Under the pieces are notes generated by a model, which worked only from the letters and a program-made list of their open reading frames with translations, had not been told where the DNA came from and did not search any database. From the NCBI GenBank assembly GCA_964035545.1, contig OZ037769.1, positions 11,128,633 to 11,192,632 of the forward strand: a stretch of 64,000 nucleotides of DNA, given 5' to 3'. This stretch comes from Bugula neritina (taxonomy: Eukaryota; Animalia; Bryozoa). Position numbers and translations under genes: made by a program. Of this stretch, positions 27,266-39,821 are shown in pieces. Each line of letters begins with the position of its first letter. The stretch's first letter is position 1.

Positions 27266-27848
27266 CCAGCTTGCATCTTGCGGCTGTAGCAATTATATTA
27301 GTTAATATACAAACACGTAGAGCCGTGTACCTTTGATCGCACTATCTGTTAATTGTTTACTTGTTACAAAAACAAAATGTGTCTACTGAACTAAAGATTA
27401 TTTGTTTAATTAAGATATTAGCTACATATAATTATTAACGTGTTATGCTTTAGGCAATAGGCAGCATTTTGGCAAATTGCATTTAAAAGCGTCTATAATA
27501 CTAAAAGTAAATATTAGTACTAATTATTAATATTCTTTAAACTTTGTATATAGTATGAAAATTTTTTCAACTTTTTCAAAAGAATATCATCAAGTAAAAA
27601 CTATTAGCCCAAAAATAAATTCTTATAATCGTCATTTTGAAAACTTCATCTTTGAAAACTCTACATAGACTGCAGTATTCCAGTAGTACTAACAACTCAA
27701 TATTTATATAGAGTGTATTTCTGATGTTATACATTTCATGTTATGTATAATTTAGTATCTAGTGCATATACGTATATGCACATCTTGTGTTAAATACCTC
27801 ATGTTTATATACCTCATGCTATATATATAACTTTATATTATATGATGT

Positions 27849-28145
<297 letters not shown>

Positions 28146-31100
28146 GTATAATGTTATATAGTGCAATATCTAGTACATAGACGATTCCAGTTGCTAAACT
28201 ATAATACACCTATTGACTCCCAGTGTAATACAATACAACAAATATACGAACAACAAATATTCGAATGTAATCATAATGTAATAATTTAGACTTGAGAAAA
28301 AACTACATTTGATTATATTTGGTAGCTGTGTACACCCTTTTACCTACAGCACGCTTTTCAAACAAGTCTTAAATCTGAATCATGATTTGAGTTGAAATAG
28401 CAAAAAATGAAATTTACTCAAATCAGTTCTTTAGTCTTTTTAATTTAAATTTTACCTCTCTTGATGTAAGGTGTTGTTATCTTTAGCCTTTAATGCAAAC
28501 TTCAAAATAAGCCAAGATAAAACGCCATCAACTAACCTGAAGGAACTCTCTCTAACTTTCTGAGCAATGGCTTTACGTAGGCAGGAATATAACTGCATGC
28601 AGCAGACTTGTGATGGACTGTATTAATAGCACACAAAACAGAAGATTCTTCAAAGTGTTTCCAGCAGAAACATGTAAATATCCATAACCTGTAATAGCAG
28701 CTGTGAAGCAGAAGTTTATTAACGCTTTCAGTATGCTAATGTATGTGCTGCGTAGCACTAATATCTGACAGCCAAAGTGCTCCCTAGAGAATTGGGTCAC
28801 AAAATATCTTGTGACAATAAGTATACATTGGTGCCTGAACAATGCCACAGGGCAGAATTCTTTCTAATCTTAAGGGATGCAAGTCCTATTTCTTCTAAAA
28901 CTTTTATAAAAATATTTGCCTTTGAGAACATCAAAGAATATATTTCTATATGGTGTTTACCAAAGCGCTTTACATCGAAATTTGCCTTCTTTTATTTTGC
29001 CAATGGCTTTTTTTAAAAAGTTACAATTTTTTTGATGTGTTGAAAGGTTTCGTTTATAACTCTAAATTAGCAATTTAGCAAATATAGCTTGTCTGTACAT
29101 CACAATGAGTCACTTGCACTAGTAGCAATGCTACTTTCAACCAAATGTTTCCCATTATCATAATACCAATGTAACGGTATGAATAAACTGGAACATAATA
29201 ACATTGCTTCAACAACCACAACGTGCAACTCTTGTGTTGGCGGCAGTCCCAAGAGGTGAAAAGCAATAATTACCATTAGCAGAGATACTTTTAGTGAATA
29301 AATTTACAAAATTCCTAGTCGACTGGCTATTAATGTACACATTATGTAACCAACTTTATTAGTTCTGCACTACTCAAGTAAATAACTGGTTCCAATTTAA
29401 TAATTATGTGTGAAAAATGTTTTGGCCCAGTTTTAAACTAAAGATGATGAAGCTAAAAATTGTTGCTTAGGTCAGAAAAACCGCAGGGCAGCAATTATGG
29501 CTAAAAACTTGTATCATAATTATGCCCTTACGATCAATACAGCATTCTATAGGTGTTGCAGTTGATTACCTCATAAGCAGTGGCAGCATAGAAGGTACTT
29601 GCCAGCAATTATCAAACAAACTCACTGAAGCTTGTTATGTAGAAGTAAAAGCTGCAATATAAAAGCAAAATCTAAAGCTTTTACTAAAAATTAAAATATG
29701 TTTAGTGTTTGTACATAATAATGTTTGTCTCTACTATACCAGTTCCAATCTTTAAGATTCCAATTTTTAAATGAATGATTTTTATGTGTCAAGTTGAGAC
29801 AACATGACCGAATCATAACCTCCTTGGAGAAACTCTTGTTCAGTCACTGAATAATGCACACAAATGTGCAGTAGCTGCTTTGAAAACATTGGACAAAAGG
29901 ACCTCCGATTAGTGAGTTATGCACTGTGTTCCCATACATGGAATAGATCCGTACAGATGCTCACAAGGATGGGTTTGTGGCTTCATTAGATTGACCTGTC
30001 TCCAAGAATCGAATGAAAAATTAATTCGCATAACTTGAAGCATTGGAACGTAGTGATGTAAGGAGCTGGTGTATTACTAGACTGTGACTCTATTTGCTGC
30101 ATTAGCAGATAGAACTCAAGTTGCTGCGGAGCAGTTTACTTCTGGCACCATAACACAATAATCATCATCCTGCAGTTTCCAACATGCGTTGTTACAAGAC
30201 CAAACAGTAACTTGCATCATGCAGTTTTGCATCATAACTGTCACAAATTGGTAGATTCTATAATGACTTTATGATTTAAGCCTTTATCTTGATGTTGATT
30301 GATTGATTGATTGATTACATATCACAAACATGACAACACGTTGCAAAATTCAGTGTAAATACTGGCTATAATAAGTAGGAATGAACAAAAATAAGAGAAA
30401 AAATCAAAACTCTGTTGGATTATTTAAAATAAAAGCTCATTTAAAGGGATGCTAAATAGTAGCTTATAAAATACATATGGCAGTTGACAATATTCAGGCT
30501 ATAACCGGCATGGTTAAAGTCATACAAACATTGCTGGCAGATTCTCAATACAAGTTCTAAAAGTATTATCAAACATGTCAGTATAACTTTCTATCTACGC
30601 AGCACAAAAGAGCATTACTGCTTGTGAAAGCCAGCTATACTGTTCAACAAGAGTTATAAAAGTTTGACAACTCCAAATTTCTAGACCAATATTTTATGAC
30701 CTTCATTATAAAGTACCAACCATTAGCGCACAAGAGGTAGGTGCAGTAATGGAGAAATTTCGAAAAGCCTGTGTTCTAGATTAGAAATGAAGCAAAAAAG
30801 TTATGTTCTCGAACAAATTTAAACTCGAGCCCCAAAACAAAATTTATAAATTTAAATAACTTAATCTATCTCAATGTCTCCACTGCTGCTCCTAAATGGC
30901 ACACAATTCAATATTTTAATTTGTTGGGAGTAGGATAGCGGAAACTGTGCTTCTCCTAAAGAGAGCAAACAACTATTAAAACGACGGTAAGCATTTGAGT
31001 TGAATTTACAGCTGCATTATGGTACTGTACGAAGAGTTATTATGTGCATATCATATGACATCACAAGCAACAGAAAAATTAACCGATTAGCACTGAGAGT

Positions 31101-31531
31101 TATAAAAAGCATGGGCTGATCTAGTTAATGAAATAACAAAGGTTATAAATGCTGGCAGTTTGTAAGCCATGCAATTATTATATTACATTATCTATATTGT
31201 AGACACAGCTATGAGCAAATCAAATTAATGAGATTACATCCGTAGAAAGTGTGAAATTACAACTGATTCAACAACAAGTGTTTGAAATTCAATTTATTAG
31301 TTAAAAAAATTAACCTAATACCAAAGCAAACGTAACTACTGATTGCTATTAATGTAACAAAAGATATTTGTAACACGAAACAGTCACCTATCACATCTGA
31401 AATAACATAGATATATTAGCCTAAAGAATTTCACTGGCAAAATAAATGTGGCACCGAGAGAGAGTCTAGATTTGTCTTTTCTTTATCTGTGTATCAGCTG
31501 CAGTGGCGGAGCTAGTAGAAACTAGGGGGAG

Positions 31532-34149
31532 CTACGAATCCTTCACCTGCCCCCTGTTCAGAGAATGACCCCCTGCAGTATTAGGAGTTACACCCTCGAT
31601 CTTAGATGCCTGAGTTTCTAGACTGGTAGCTTCTTCTTTATGTAAATCCTATTAAGGGAGAAACATAAAACACATCAGTAGAAAAGTAGCTTTAGGAATT
31701 AAAAACTTGAAGTTCTTTCAACTTCTTACTCCGTGAAGCAATATTCATTGCTATGCTATTATATATTTACTGGTTCACTTTGGCTATTCAAAAAATGGTT
31801 AAATTTGCTTTGCTGTGGAAAGTTGTTTTCGGTTAAGCTGATATCAATGCACAAAGAAAAACAATACAATTGTATACTGAGATTTTTTGGTATTCAACTA
31901 CTATAATAGAATTGTATGCTTTAACAACACCAATGCATTCATAAAATAAACTGTTATACTTTTAGTGCTTTGTAAATCATACAAGGCTAAGACACAGTTT
32001 GAACAACTTTTGGTGAAATAATATCCAATTCATTCTCACTTCTGAACCAATACACTAAAAAGGCAGGAGATTTGTTTAATTTGTTCAAACAAATACTTTC
32101 TAGATTTAAATCCTAATTAAAAAAAAAGTTTATATGTGTAAAAATGAAAGATATTGGCAGCCAAATGTAATCTAATTTATTGCTATACTGAGTAGATGCA
32201 TGTTAGATAATTCACAAGTAGTATAGCAAATAGCACACCTTCATCTTGTAGTAGCACAGAAATATGCTCCACACAAAGTCACCACATGCAACTGCAACTG
32301 GCTGGTAGGTCACTGGAACCTTCTTGAATATGGCGAGCATGACAAATGGCCAGTACACCGTATTACACTAAAACAATACAATCCATAGAGGCTTGGCACT
32401 AACTACATACAGTACGGTAGTCAAATTGATATCTCAATCTCAATAACTAACGTGGCATACATTGCATTGTATATAACAATCAGGGTGCACTGTGTAATAT
32501 TTAGTGTGGGGCCACACTAGGTGGATTTCCCGCATTGACCACTACGGAAATTCTGCAAAGGCAAAATAAACAATTTGTCTTGTGAATTTTATGCGTTCAA
32601 AATGCTGCACAGCCAGTTTTCAAAGATGTGCTCTAATAGCCCACTCTTCGTCTACGGTTTCACTTTTAGCGATTTAGCTTTTCCACTTTCGCAACAGTAT
32701 AATTCTCTTAACAAATATTGCATCTGGTTTCTCATGTGGGAATTCCATCTAATATGGCTCACGCATAGCCTTACATGTAAACAACACTACACTAACACCT
32801 AGCACACTCCTGTAGCATTGGAAAGCAGTTACCAGTACAGATAACCTGCAACATACTCTGAGCTGTAATCAAAGGGTCTTTAATCAGGCTAAGGACTTAT
32901 TCAGATGTGACACAGGAGCAATTATGACTGAATGCTCTTCCTAACATCATCAATGGCCTTTACTGAAAAATGAACCCATGACTAAGGTCAGTGCTTTAAC
33001 CCCTAGACCACGGCTGCTAACTGAAAGTATATAATAGCTGTGTCACTCACCACATATGCAGTTGGAGCTTTTTCTATACACTCGGTTAATATGTTCTCTT
33101 TCTTCTCTAATATACTCATTGCTACAAAGTGGTGTAACATGTTTAACACAGCATACATTTATACTCACATCTCAAAGTTAAATAATCAAAACCATAGTAC
33201 TCCTTGAATAGTCCATAAAATGAATGACTGAATACTTGTGAAGAGATAGGAAAGCTGGTGGTAATTCTATCTAGAAAACTCTAAAACATTCCAGACAATC
33301 CAAAGGGCTAGTAAAAATTCCAAAGAGTTTGAACAAATTATCTAGAAGGGTGAATAACTACTGGTGATCATTTAAAGGTTTGAAGCAGTTCCCTTATTCA
33401 CAGTGGGGATTCTTTTATAGAACTAGAAAAATGGCAGAGTTAATGGGCTGATAATAACAGAGACTACAGTACCGATAAAGAAGATGCAAGTTCCAAACAT
33501 TCCAGCAGCAATCTGATCTAAAGCTATTTTCTTTATAAGAGATCTGCCAGTTGTCCCCGGCACTCTCTTATCCAGGAAGTTATACCACAATATATACAAG
33601 GGAGATAATACCAGACCTGCAATTTTTAGTGACATTATCAAAAGACAATTTTATTTGCTAAGCAGAAAAAAGCTGTTAACAGTTAATAACTGCGAATCAG
33701 TAGAATAACGGAATAAGTCACAAATGAGTTACCACTAAAAGTCATAATTGAGAAATTCATAATAGTACAGTCTTTTGAACAACAATTTGTAGATTACTCG
33801 ATTGCTTGCTGAAACAATAGGTACTCTAGGTATGTCCCAAATAATATGATGTTGAATAGTTAATGATAAAATGAACATATGCAACCCTTAATGAAGACTT
33901 GTGGAAATTGGCTGTTAAAACACCATATTGTAAAACTTATTAAGAATACTAAACACATCATGTGCTCTCAATCAGCTCTAACTTACTCACCCCCAACTAT
34001 CATCACATTCTTTGTACTCTCGTAGTTATGTTTATCTACTTTAGTAATAAATTTCTGCTGTGTGTAGTCACCAACAGCATAGATGCCGGCAATTTGTACA
34101 GAGTTTTTGATGAAGGGCCGAGCATAGCTGAGCCATCGTTGAATCAACA
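31532..34149 (-). CDS. Mpv17/PMP22 family membrane protein (MPV17L-like), ~206 aa
   Basis: Phase-consistent exons: 34149-33991 (RPFIKNSVQIAGIYAVGDYTQQ), 33616-33473 (WYNFLDKRVPG..KKIALDQ), 33121-33051 (MSILEKK), 32367-32239 (YWPFVM..VP..FVWSIFLCY), 31648-31532 (C-terminal tail, TAG). The start codon needs one base from an upstream exon (donor at 40520 or 35306). Confidence 0.88.
32866..33018 (-). mobile_element. tRNA-derived SINE copy
   Basis: Head AGCAGCCGTGGTCTAGGGGTTA (A box) and shared body GATGTTAGGAAGAGCATTCAGTCATAATTGCTCCTGTG; related copies at 51361-51520, 45325-45472, 59665-59748 and ~3575-3630. Confidence 0.75.
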
Positions 34150-35761
34150 CTGTAAATCATTTGAAGAGATGGTAATTAACATGATCAGCTAGAAACAGCC
34201 TGTAAGTATCAAATATGTTTAAAATTAAATTTACAAAAAATGAAATATATTGATTGAAAAACCAAGCTTTTGACAGTAAAATAACATGGCAATCTTCAAA
34301 CTCAAGATATAGCTTTGAAAAAGGTAGTTTTATGAGATTTGACTCAGTTTTGTGACAAAAGCTCAGCTTTTATAACAAAATTTTCAACATGCTTCTTCAG
34401 CTAATTTCAGTGTAAAATTTTCAATCTGGTAAATATATTTAAATACCACCTAACCATTTTTCATATCATTAAAATTCTTGACATACATTTAGACTACATG
34501 TATGCTACACATGTAAAATACATGTATAGCATACATGTATTTCACATGTAGCCTGCAAAAGTTGCAGGCAATAAACCAGAGTTAACTAAAAACATGGAAG
34601 TAGTATAATACGGTGCCTTCCATTAAAATAGAGCTTGCAGAATCTGTAGTTTCAAATTTGTGGAAAAAGTTGTTTTTGATTTGTAAATTAAATGAGAAAA
34701 TAAACCCAGCATTGTGCAGGTGGCAGAAGAAGTAGGCATAAATTTATCTTTTCAAATAATTTGTTTTATGCCGACATTGGACAATAATAATATAGCGTAT
34801 GTTAAACAGTTGAATTTTTTAATTTAAAATTTATCCACTGAGTTTAGTATATCTTTAAATAATTAATATATATATATATAATTTTATGGGGATGTTAGTA
34901 AAGCACAAAAATAGAGTTAAGCTAACAATGTAATAGAAATCAGAAAAATTGGTCAGTAATTAAAAACCTATATTGCATTTCCTCATGTTTTAGTCTAAGT
35001 CAGAAATTACTATACTTAACAACAGAAACAACAAAAACGTAACAGATGCGATTTAATAGCAGTATATGATTACTATTTATTAGCATGCACCATGACAGCA
35101 TGCAATTTATTTCAACAACAAATGATTGTGACTACGTACTGCAGTTTACCCATGCATAGAACAGTTCAGTAGCACAGCATATTTAAATGCAGCTGTCAGA
35201 AGAAACAAATTCCATGGATAGATTGGCTCACCTGTTTGTTGCTCTAATGGAAACCTAGTAAACAGCAATTAAAACAGTAGTTAATGTGATAACACTTATA
35301 CTTACTTAGTCAGTTGATGTTGTCGCAGCACCAACCATGAATTTTCATTAAATTTAATAAGTTGTTGATTACTCCAACATAAAATCAACTGGGAGGTTTG
35401 TAGTTTCCGCTAAAAAGTCAATACCAGAACTCAAGACGAACTCAAAAAGGGTGAAAATCTTAGCCTGAAGGTGAATACTAAATATAAATTTATGCAAATT
35501 AAAATACAGTCACAATGTTAGCTGTACATAAATCTCTGTATTTACTCGTTAATAAATACTACATTAGTATGGCTGATGGAACTAAATTTTTTAGTAACAA
35601 ACTGCAAAACTGAAAGTAAGTGTTATTAGTAAAAGTATTATTGTACTTTGTAGTGGTGTTCCCTACAGATCCCAGCACTCATACTAAAAACCATTACTAT
35701 AACATTAACTGTATTACAACATACATGTAGTTATAATATATAGATTCATTATTTTAATAAT

Positions 35762-35971
35762 TGTAATGTGCATGACATTGCATCATGCAGTTGTGTAACC
35801 GTTTTGTAAATATTATTATAGCTGTTGTGTGGTTTTCCTTTATGTCCTAAATTCCTTCATCTTTGTGGTTTATATAATATATGTTGTCTGTCTTAGAAAT
35901 GTGTTCGTAGTGATTAGTTGTGCTTTCAAAATAAAGATATTTCAGTGAACTTTAAGTATAATATTATTACA
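35762..35971 (+). repeat. 5' LTR of element 2
   Basis: 210-bp direct repeat; contains TATATAA and AATAAA. Confidence 0.97.
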
Positions 35972-35983
35972 AGCTATTTCGGC
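35972..35983 (+). other. Non-canonical primer-binding site complementary to the 5' end of tRNA-Phe
   Basis: AGCTATTTCGGC is the reverse complement of GCCGAAATAGCT (tRNA-Phe(GAA) nt 1-12, recalled animal sequence) and directly abuts the LTR CA end. Confidence 0.7.
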
Positions 35984-36002
35984 GTTTATCAGTGGTAGAA
36001 AT

Positions 36003-36770
36003 ATGGCAGTCAGGGTGTCGGATCTAGTGAAAAATTATGAGGACAGTTCGGTTAGTGGAGACTTTACTGAGTGGTGTGAGAAGCTGGAGCTAGTAGCAAA
36101 GTTACAGAAAGTAGAAGATCTTGCATCGTTTCTGCCATTATTCTTGGCAGGTCCAGCGTTTGCTGTGTATAAACAGTTTTCAGAGGATGTTAAATCAGAC
36201 TTTCCGAAGTTAAAGGCTGAACTGATGACGTCATTCTGTGAGAGCAGTTACAGTGCTTACGATCAACTTAGATCAAGAAGTCTAAAAGAAGGTGAGGCTG
36301 TAGATGTCTATGTAGCTGACTTGAGAAGGCTAGTAACACTGATAGGTCAGAAAACTCCTGAGCCTTTACTGAAATGTGCATTTATTGCTGGTTTGCCAGT
36401 GGATGTTGCTACACAAATAAAATCTGTCGCTGCTGTTGAAAAGTTGAGCTTAGAAGAGTTAGTTGGTAGAGCTAGGATAATGTTATCAACAGCAACTGTA
36501 GACACTTTGACACCCTGTGCTGCTGGTAGGAATGTTACTAGAAAGTGTTTTAAATGTTTTTCACCACACCATTCAGCTTGGAGCTGTAACACTGAAAAAA
36601 GTCAAAATGGGAACATGAATGCTAATCGGAATGCCAATAATCATCAACAATACAGAAGATGGAACGTTCAGTGCTATACCTGTCAGGCTTGGGGGCATAT
36701 CAGTAGGAATTGCCCACAGGGAAACGGCGCTGGGGCAGTGTCAGCACCGGATGCTCACCCCAACAACTAA
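36003..36770 (+). CDS. gag: Gag polyprotein with two CCHC zinc knuckles (255 aa)
   Basis: CFKCFSPHHSAWSC and CYTCQAWGHISRNC; capsid-like GDFTEWCEKLELVA..LPLFLAGPAF. Confidence 0.92.
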   Translation: MAVRVSDLVKNYEDSSVSGDFTEWCEKLELVAKLQKVEDLASFLPLFLAGPAFAVYKQFSEDVKSDFPKLKAELMTSFCESSYSAYDQLRSRSLKEGEAVDVYVADLRRLVTLIGQKTPEPLLKCAFIAGLPVDVATQIKSVAAVEKLSLEELVGRARIMLSTATVDTLTPCAAGRNVTRKCFKCFSPHHSAWSCNTEKSQNGNMNANRNANNHQQYRRWNVQCYTCQAWGHISRNCPQGNGAGAVSAPDAHPNN

Positions 36771-39763
36771 ATTACAATTCGGTGCTACCACTAATAACTT
36801 TAAATGTAAACGGTGTGAGTATAAAAGCACTAGTAGATAGTGGTTGTGAACAATCAGTAGTTTTAGAAAGATTTTGTAATCAAATAGGTGTTGCACCATG
36901 TGGTCCTGAACGGAGGATTTTAATGCTAAATGGACAAATAACTAAATGTAGGGGTGAAGCTCAATTAGCAGTGCAGGTTAGAAATCGTCGTCTCTCTGTA
37001 AAATGTTTAATAGCTCCAATGTTAGTAGGTGGTTGCTCTTTAATTTTGGGAATGGATGCTATTAGCAAATTAGGTGGTGTGACAATTACTAGGAATAAGC
37101 AAGTGATGTTTCCTGCAGTTGAACCAACAACAGAAGTAGGTAAAGTTAGTGCTGTTAGTGTAGGTGTAGGAGTAGATAGATTTGATAAGACATTAACTAG
37201 TGATAGTAAAGGTGAACTTTTTGTTAGTGACATTGACTTTAATGCTAAATTTGATGGTAAAAAATGGACAGTGAGGTGGAAATGGGAAAATGGTGAGCCG
37301 ATATTACAGAATCAATGTGGTCAGTATGCTGTAAAAGCCAAATTCAAACAGAGTTACCATGAGCAGATTCAGCAATGGATTAATGATGGATGGCTACAAT
37401 TGTATGACAATAAATTGCATGGTACAGTCACTGGAATTGTACCATTGATGGCTGCTGCCCAGCCAAATAAACCAACCCAGGTCCGACCTGTTATGGATTA
37501 TAGTAGAGAACTCAACAAATACATCTACAGTAAGCCCAGTGGTGACACTGCCATTTGTCAGGATAAATTGAGGAAATGGAGGTTACTTGATGACAATGCC
37601 AGTTTGCTAGATCTAAGAAAAGCTTACTTACAACTTCATGTGGATAGTGATTTGCAAAAGTTCCAAGCTGTACGGTATGAGGGTAAGATCTATGTAATGA
37701 CTAGGTTAGGTTTTGGTTTAAATGTGGCGCCTAAAATCATGTCAAAAGTTTTATCTACAGTCCTGGCTCAAGATGACACTATACGCAAAGGTACTGATAG
37801 TTATATAGATGACATTATAGTTGATGAGACTGTTGTTTCGGTAGAAGTAGTTCGAAATCATTTGTTGAAGTTTGGTTTGGTAACTAAAGAACCAGAGAAA
37901 CTGAGTAATGCTAGAGTTTTAGGGCTAAGGGTTAGAGAGGGGTGGAGAGGTGGCATGTCATGTTATAGCTGGCAGCGTGATGGTGAGCTCCCATCTCTTG
38001 AGTCAAATAGCAACATAAGCAAGCGAGAGCTGTTTTCGGTGTGTGGTAAACTGACTGGACATTTTCCTGTAGCAGGGTGGCTTAGGGTAGCATGCAGTTT
38101 TATGAAAAGGTTAACGCAATCAGATATGTGGGATAGTGCTGTGTCTGACCACGTCCAAAAAATGTTGTTAGAGACATTAGATAGAGTTGCAAAATCTGAT
38201 CCTGTGAAAGGAAAGTGGCATGTGGCTAATACTGATACAGGCACCGTATGGTGTGATGCAAGCAGTTTGGCAATAGGGGTGTCTGTGCAAATAGATGGCC
38301 AGATAGTGGAGGATGCTTCATGGATGAGAAAACCCGATGATTGCACCCACATTAATGTAGCAGAGTTAGAAGCTGTGGTAAAAGGCCTAAATCTGGCTTT
38401 AAAATGGAATCTATGCAACATTGTAGTGAAAACCGATTCAATGTCAGTATTCAGGTGGGTCACATCTGTAATCAATGATAGTGTCAGACCAAAAGTTAAT
38501 GGCATGAATGAGATGATTGTGAAACGTAGGTTAGGTGTTATAGCAGAACTGATAGAAGAGTACAAGCTGTCATTAAAAATACATTTAGTGAAATCAGCTG
38601 AGAATTGGGCGGATGCTCTGACACGGGTGAGTTCAGCATGGCTTAGTAAGCGAATAACCTGTGCAAGTGCAGGTGTGACAACTCCTGATGTAGCTGACCT
38701 GAAGGATGAAATAGCCAAGCTGCATGGAATGCATCATTTGGGCATTGAAAGAACATTTTATTTAGCTAAATGTAAATTCGCAGGAGGCATAGACAAGGAG
38801 TTAGTTGAAAGAGTAGTTAAAGAATGTGCTGTGTGTAGGAGCATTGACCCTTCTCCAGTGCAGTGGGAAAGAGGAGTTCTGGAGGTCAATGAGAATTGGT
38901 ATAGGCTGGCAATGGATGTGAGTCATTATAATCGTGTACCATACTTGACTATTATCGACTGTGGCCCAAGTAGATTCGCTGTGTGGATAAAGTTGCAGAA
39001 TGAGACTGCTGACTCTGTGGTAAATCAGCTACTAAAGGTGTTTCAGCAACGTGGTCCACCGACAGAGTTACTGTCAGACAACGGACCATGTTTCAGAAGT
39101 GAAAGTTTGGAACAGCTACTTAGGCAATGGGATGTACAGCACATATTTAGCTGTGCTTATAGAGCATCTGGGAATGGTGTCATAGAGCGCAATCACAGGA
39201 CTATAAAAAGAATGGCAGCTCGAACTAGATCTTCAATAGAAAATATGGTATTTTGGTACAACAACACCCCAAATAGTAACAATGTAGTACCCTCACAAAG
39301 TTTATACAGCTATGATGTAAAGCTGCCTAAAGTATCACCATCAACAATAGGCAAGCCCACAGACATTACAAAAAACCCCTACAATGTAGGAGACAAAGTT
39401 TATGTAAAACCTGTGAATTCTAAATGCACAACTGCATGGCCACAGGGCATGATTACCAGGGTTGTGTCAAACACTGCGGTGATGGTAGATGGTATGACAC
39501 GACATATAAGTGATGTCCGACTGGCTAATGCAGGGAGCAGGGAAAGTGGTGACATTTCATCCAGTACAAAACAGCAATCTCAGGTACATGGAGACATTGA
39601 AATTAACCTGAGCCTAGATAATGCTGATGAGGATGCAGATGCAAATAGAGTTGTGGATGGTGAAAATGTTGAGGAAGGTGAAAGTGTAGACGAAGTGATT
39701 GATCGACCAGTAAGAGATAGACGGCCACCTAGGTGGTTAGCAGACTTTTATGTAGATGACTAA
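36719..39763 (+). CDS. pol: Pol polyprotein (PR, RT, RNase H, integrase), probably expressed by -1 frameshift
   Basis: ALVDSGC; RPVMDY, LDLRKAYLQL, RLGFGL, YIDD; CDAS, HINVAELEAV, TDS, NWADALTR; HGMHH..CAVC, MDV, SDNG, IER. It lies in the -1 frame relative to gag, with G GGA AAC at 36719-36725. Confidence 0.93.
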   Translation, partial: GKRRWGSVSTGCSPQQLNYNSVLPLITLNVNGVSIKALVDSGCEQSVVLERFCNQIGVAPCGPERRILMLNGQITKCRGEAQLAVQVRNRRLSVKCLIAPMLVGGCSLILGMDAISKLGGVTITRNKQVMFPAVEPTTEVGKVSAVSVGVGVDRFDKTLTSDSKGELFVSDIDFNAKFDGKKWTVRWKWENGEPILQNQCGQYAVKAKFKQSYHEQIQQWINDGWLQLYDNKLHGTVTGIVPLMAAAQPNKPTQVRPVMDYSRELNKYIYSKPSGDTAICQDKLRKWRLLDDNASLLDLRKAYLQLHVDSDLQKFQAVRYEGKIYVMTRLGFGLNVAPKIMSKVLSTVLAQDDTIRKGTDSYIDDIIVDETVVSVEVVRNHLLKFGLVTKEPEKLSNARVLGLRVREGWRGGMSCYSWQRDGELPSLESNSNISKRELFSVCGKLTGHFPVAGWLRVACSFMKRLTQSDMWDSAVSDHVQKMLLETLDRVAKSDPVKGKWHVANTDTGTVWCDASSLAIGVSVQIDGQIVEDASWMRKPDDCTHINVAELEAVVKGLNLALKWNLCNIVVKTDSMSVFRWVTSVINDSVRPKVNGMNEMIVKRRLGVIAELIEEYKLSLKIHLVKSAENWADALTRVSSAWLSKRITCASAGVTTPDVADLKDEIAKLHGMHHLGIERTFYLAKCKFAGGIDKELVERVVKECAVCRSIDPSPVQWERGVLEVNENWYRLAMDVSHYNRVPYLTIIDCGPSRFAVWIKLQNETADSVVNQLLKVFQQRGPPTELLSDNGPCFRSESLEQLLRQWDVQHIFSCAYRASGNGVIERNHRTIKRMAARTRSSIENMVFWYNNTPNSNNVVPSQSLYSYDVKLPKVSPSTIGKPTDITKNPYNVGDKVYVKPVNSKCTTAWPQGMITRVVSNTAVMVDGMTRHISDVRLANAGSRESGDISSSTKQQSQVHGDIEINLSLDNADEDADANRVVDGENVEEGESVDEVIDRPVRDRRPPRWLADFYVDD

Positions 39764-39821
39764 ACGTTTTTTCTTTTTGTTTTATTATATATCTGTTTGA
39801 TCTGATAAGATCAGGGGGAAA

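Noticed and set aside
35993-36006. TGGTAGAAATATGG as a canonical tRNA-iMet PBS for element 2
   Set aside because: Only 6 contiguous matches, and it lies ~21 nt from the LTR end, which is incompatible with the boundary fixed by the 3' LTR and TSD; kept only as an alternative.
37963-38718. 251-aa antisense ORF in element 2
   Set aside because: Mirror frame of pol with no recognisable motifs; no independent support.
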